Below are positions 62,358-64,000 of a DNA stretch of 64,000 bases, piece by piece; position 1 is the stretch's first letter, and each line of letters begins with the position of its first letter. A model generated the notes under the pieces. The model was not told the DNA's origin and did no database searches. It saw nothing but the letters and a program-made list of their open reading frames with translations. Made by a program: the position numbers and the translations under genes. The stretch is from Spirochaetia bacterium (GTDB lineage Bacteria > Spirochaetota > Spirochaetia > SZUA-6 > Bin103), in NCBI GenBank assembly GCA_965203905.1, contig CBDBDQ010000005.1, positions 1,280,001 to 1,344,000 on the forward strand. The letters are read 5' to 3'.

Positions 62358-62530
62358 GAGCCGCGCGCTCGGTCTGGGCATGCGGTAGCCGACCCCGCGC
62401 TCGGTCAGGATATAGGTGGGCTTGGCGGGGACATCACCGAGCTTGCGGCGCAGAGTCTTCACCAGGGTGCGCACCCGCTCCGCATGCCCTGGGCCCTACC
62501 GGCACTCTCGGCCCAGATGCGGCCGCCGTG
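62358..62530 (-). pseudogene. Spliced fragments of the regulator at 25586-26585
   Basis: Matches 25590-25712 joined directly to 26368-26417. Confidence 0.75.
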
Positions 62531-62674
62531 GGCATGCCACGTTTCGCCTCGGTGTTGCAAGCGAAATGACCGACATTACCCTTCGACCTCTCGTCCGTAC
62601 GATGCGCCATCCGCGTGCTCTACATTGCCGTGGTCTGAGGTGCCTGATTCGCCACCTCGCAACCTCCACAATTC

Positions 62675-62851
62675 TCAGTTTGGTCGTCGGTTGACGAGTT
62701 CAATGAGTTCGATAAACCAACTCTGCCACTCTGTCGAAATCTTGGAAAGCTCGACCGTTTTTGCAACTCGAAGAATCTCATCTTGCTGTCTTTGCAGGTC
62801 CCGAACTCGATCCCGGATTTCGTTGAGTATGATTCGATCACCGTTTGTCAT
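62675..62851 (-). CDS. Small hypothetical protein (58 aa)
   Basis: AAGGGG RBS, helical MTNGDRIILNEIRDRVRDLQRQQ; lower GC. Confidence 0.4.
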   Translation of the reverse strand: MTNGDRIILNEIRDRVRDLQRQQDEILRVAKTVELSKISTEWQSWFIELIELVNRRPN

Positions 62852-63159
62852 GAGAATCCCCTTCAAGTCGGCCACCGCGACCACAAACAAAGCACGCAAT
62901 CTGCGAATCCACCTCGTTCCTCCACGTTCGCCAAGGGGAAACCGGCTGGCGTACACCGCCCTCCGCCTGGACTTCCACCCCTCCACCCCTCACTGTCTCC
63001 ACCTGTTGAGAGACGGAGGGGTGGGCTATCAACCAACGGAATACTCTATAGGTGAATCGGATGTGGGCGTCTATGAACGACTGGTGGAGCTTGACGGTAG
63101 AACAGTGTCTTTGTAGTGAATTATTCCTGCCGCGGTACCCGTCATGGGTATCGCCGCCA

Positions 63160-64000
63160 CTACCGGTCGCCGGGTGCGGGCATGCGGTAGCCTACCCCGC
63201 GCTCGTTGAAGATGTAGGCGGGGCGGGCGGGGGCGTCGCCCAGCTTGCCGCGCAGCTTCTTCACGAACGTACGCACCAATTCCGAATCGCCGGTGGGGAG
63301 CCTGCCCCACACCTGCCGCAGCAGCGAATCGTAGGTCAATACCCGTCCCGCGTTGACCGAGAGCACCCGCAGCAGTTCGTATTCGGTCACCGTCAGCCGT
63401 ATCGGCCGCCCGCCCACGGTCACGCGCCGCTGCTCGTAGTCGATCGCCAGGTCGGCCAGCAGGAACGGTTCCGGCCTGGATCGCTTGCGCAGCGCCGCCC
63501 GCACTCGCGCCGTCAACTCCGTCGGTGAGAACGGCTTGACGATGTAGTCGGCGGCGCCCGCTTCCAACGCCCGGGCGATCGTCTCGTCCCGGCCGTAGGC
63601 GGAGATGAAGATGACCGGAATGTCGGACAGCTCGGGGACCGACTCCAGCAGCTCGATGCCATCGGACCCGGGCAACAGCAGGTCGAGCAGCACCAGCTGC
63701 GGCTTCCTGGTCTCGATGAGGTGCGACAACTCCCGCGGATCGCCCGTCATCGATGGGGCGTAGCCGGCCGTGGTGAGCGCGTCGCGGACGTAGTGCAGGG
63801 TCAGCGGGTCGTCATCCACCACCAGAATGCCAGCGCGCTCACTGCCGTCGCGGGGCGGGCGCGCACGGATCGGGGCGGCGACAGCCTCTTCGACCGCCGG
63901 CAGCGTAAACGTGAACCGCGTCCCCCGGCCCGGCCCCTCGCTCTCGGCCCGGATGCGCCCTCCGTGAGCCTCCACCAGCCCCTTGCAGATAGCCAGCCCC
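63160..64000 (-). CDS. Hybrid histidine kinase / OmpR-type response regulator (5' end outside window)
   Basis: [46 protein letters not shown]. Confidence 0.88.
   Translation of the reverse strand, partial: GLAICKGLVEAHGGRIRAESEGPGRGTRFTFTLPAVEEAVAAPIRARPPRDGSERAGILVVDDDPLTLHYVRDALTTAGYAPSMTGDPRELSHLIETRKPQLVLLDLLLPGSDGIELLESVPELSDIPVIFISAYGRDETIARALEAGAADYIVKPFSPTELTARVRAALRKRSRPEPFLLADLAIDYEQRRVTVGGRPIRLTVTEYELLRVLSVNAGRVLTYDSLLRQVWGRLPTGDSELVRTFVKKLRGKLGDAPARPAYIFNERGVGYRMPAPGDR

Noticed and set aside
1-64000. Whole region as a pure assembly artefact
   Set aside because: Copies differ by many substitutions, clean in-frame deletions and strong divergence, and IS TSDs are intact. Considered unlikely, but not excludable without reads.

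Overview
High-GC bacterial accessory region. The spirochaete-type LptC proteins, autotransporter fragments, and Rpn and Uma2 expansions suggest a host-associated Spirochaetota-like organism (inference). There are no rRNA, tRNA or CRISPR features and almost no housekeeping genes. The window is a patchwork built on two families of same-orientation direct repeats. The first is about 10 full or partial copies of an lptC-like lipoprotein gene, with no intact lptA or lptB. The second is 7 copies of a ~120-bp non-coding element with a CTACCGA-N-TCGGTAG palindrome. Between the repeats lie cargo genes: Rpn, Uma2 and other PD-(D/E)XK nucleases; a family of variable surface lipoproteins; collagen-like, papain-like and metalloprotease lipoproteins; GT-C glycosyltransferases (two PIG-B/Alg9-like, one ArnT/PMT-TPR); LuxR/MalT, LytTR and OmpR-type regulators; and small low-GC orphan genes. 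Dozens of 50-400-bp fragments of these same genes are spliced together in both orientations. An IS66 (8-bp TSD) and an ISKra4-family element carrying DUF4338 (9-bp TSD) can be delimited exactly. The most notable feature is the lptC-punctuated, fragment-shuffling cassette array itself. Family assignments come from motif recognition only; no searches were run.
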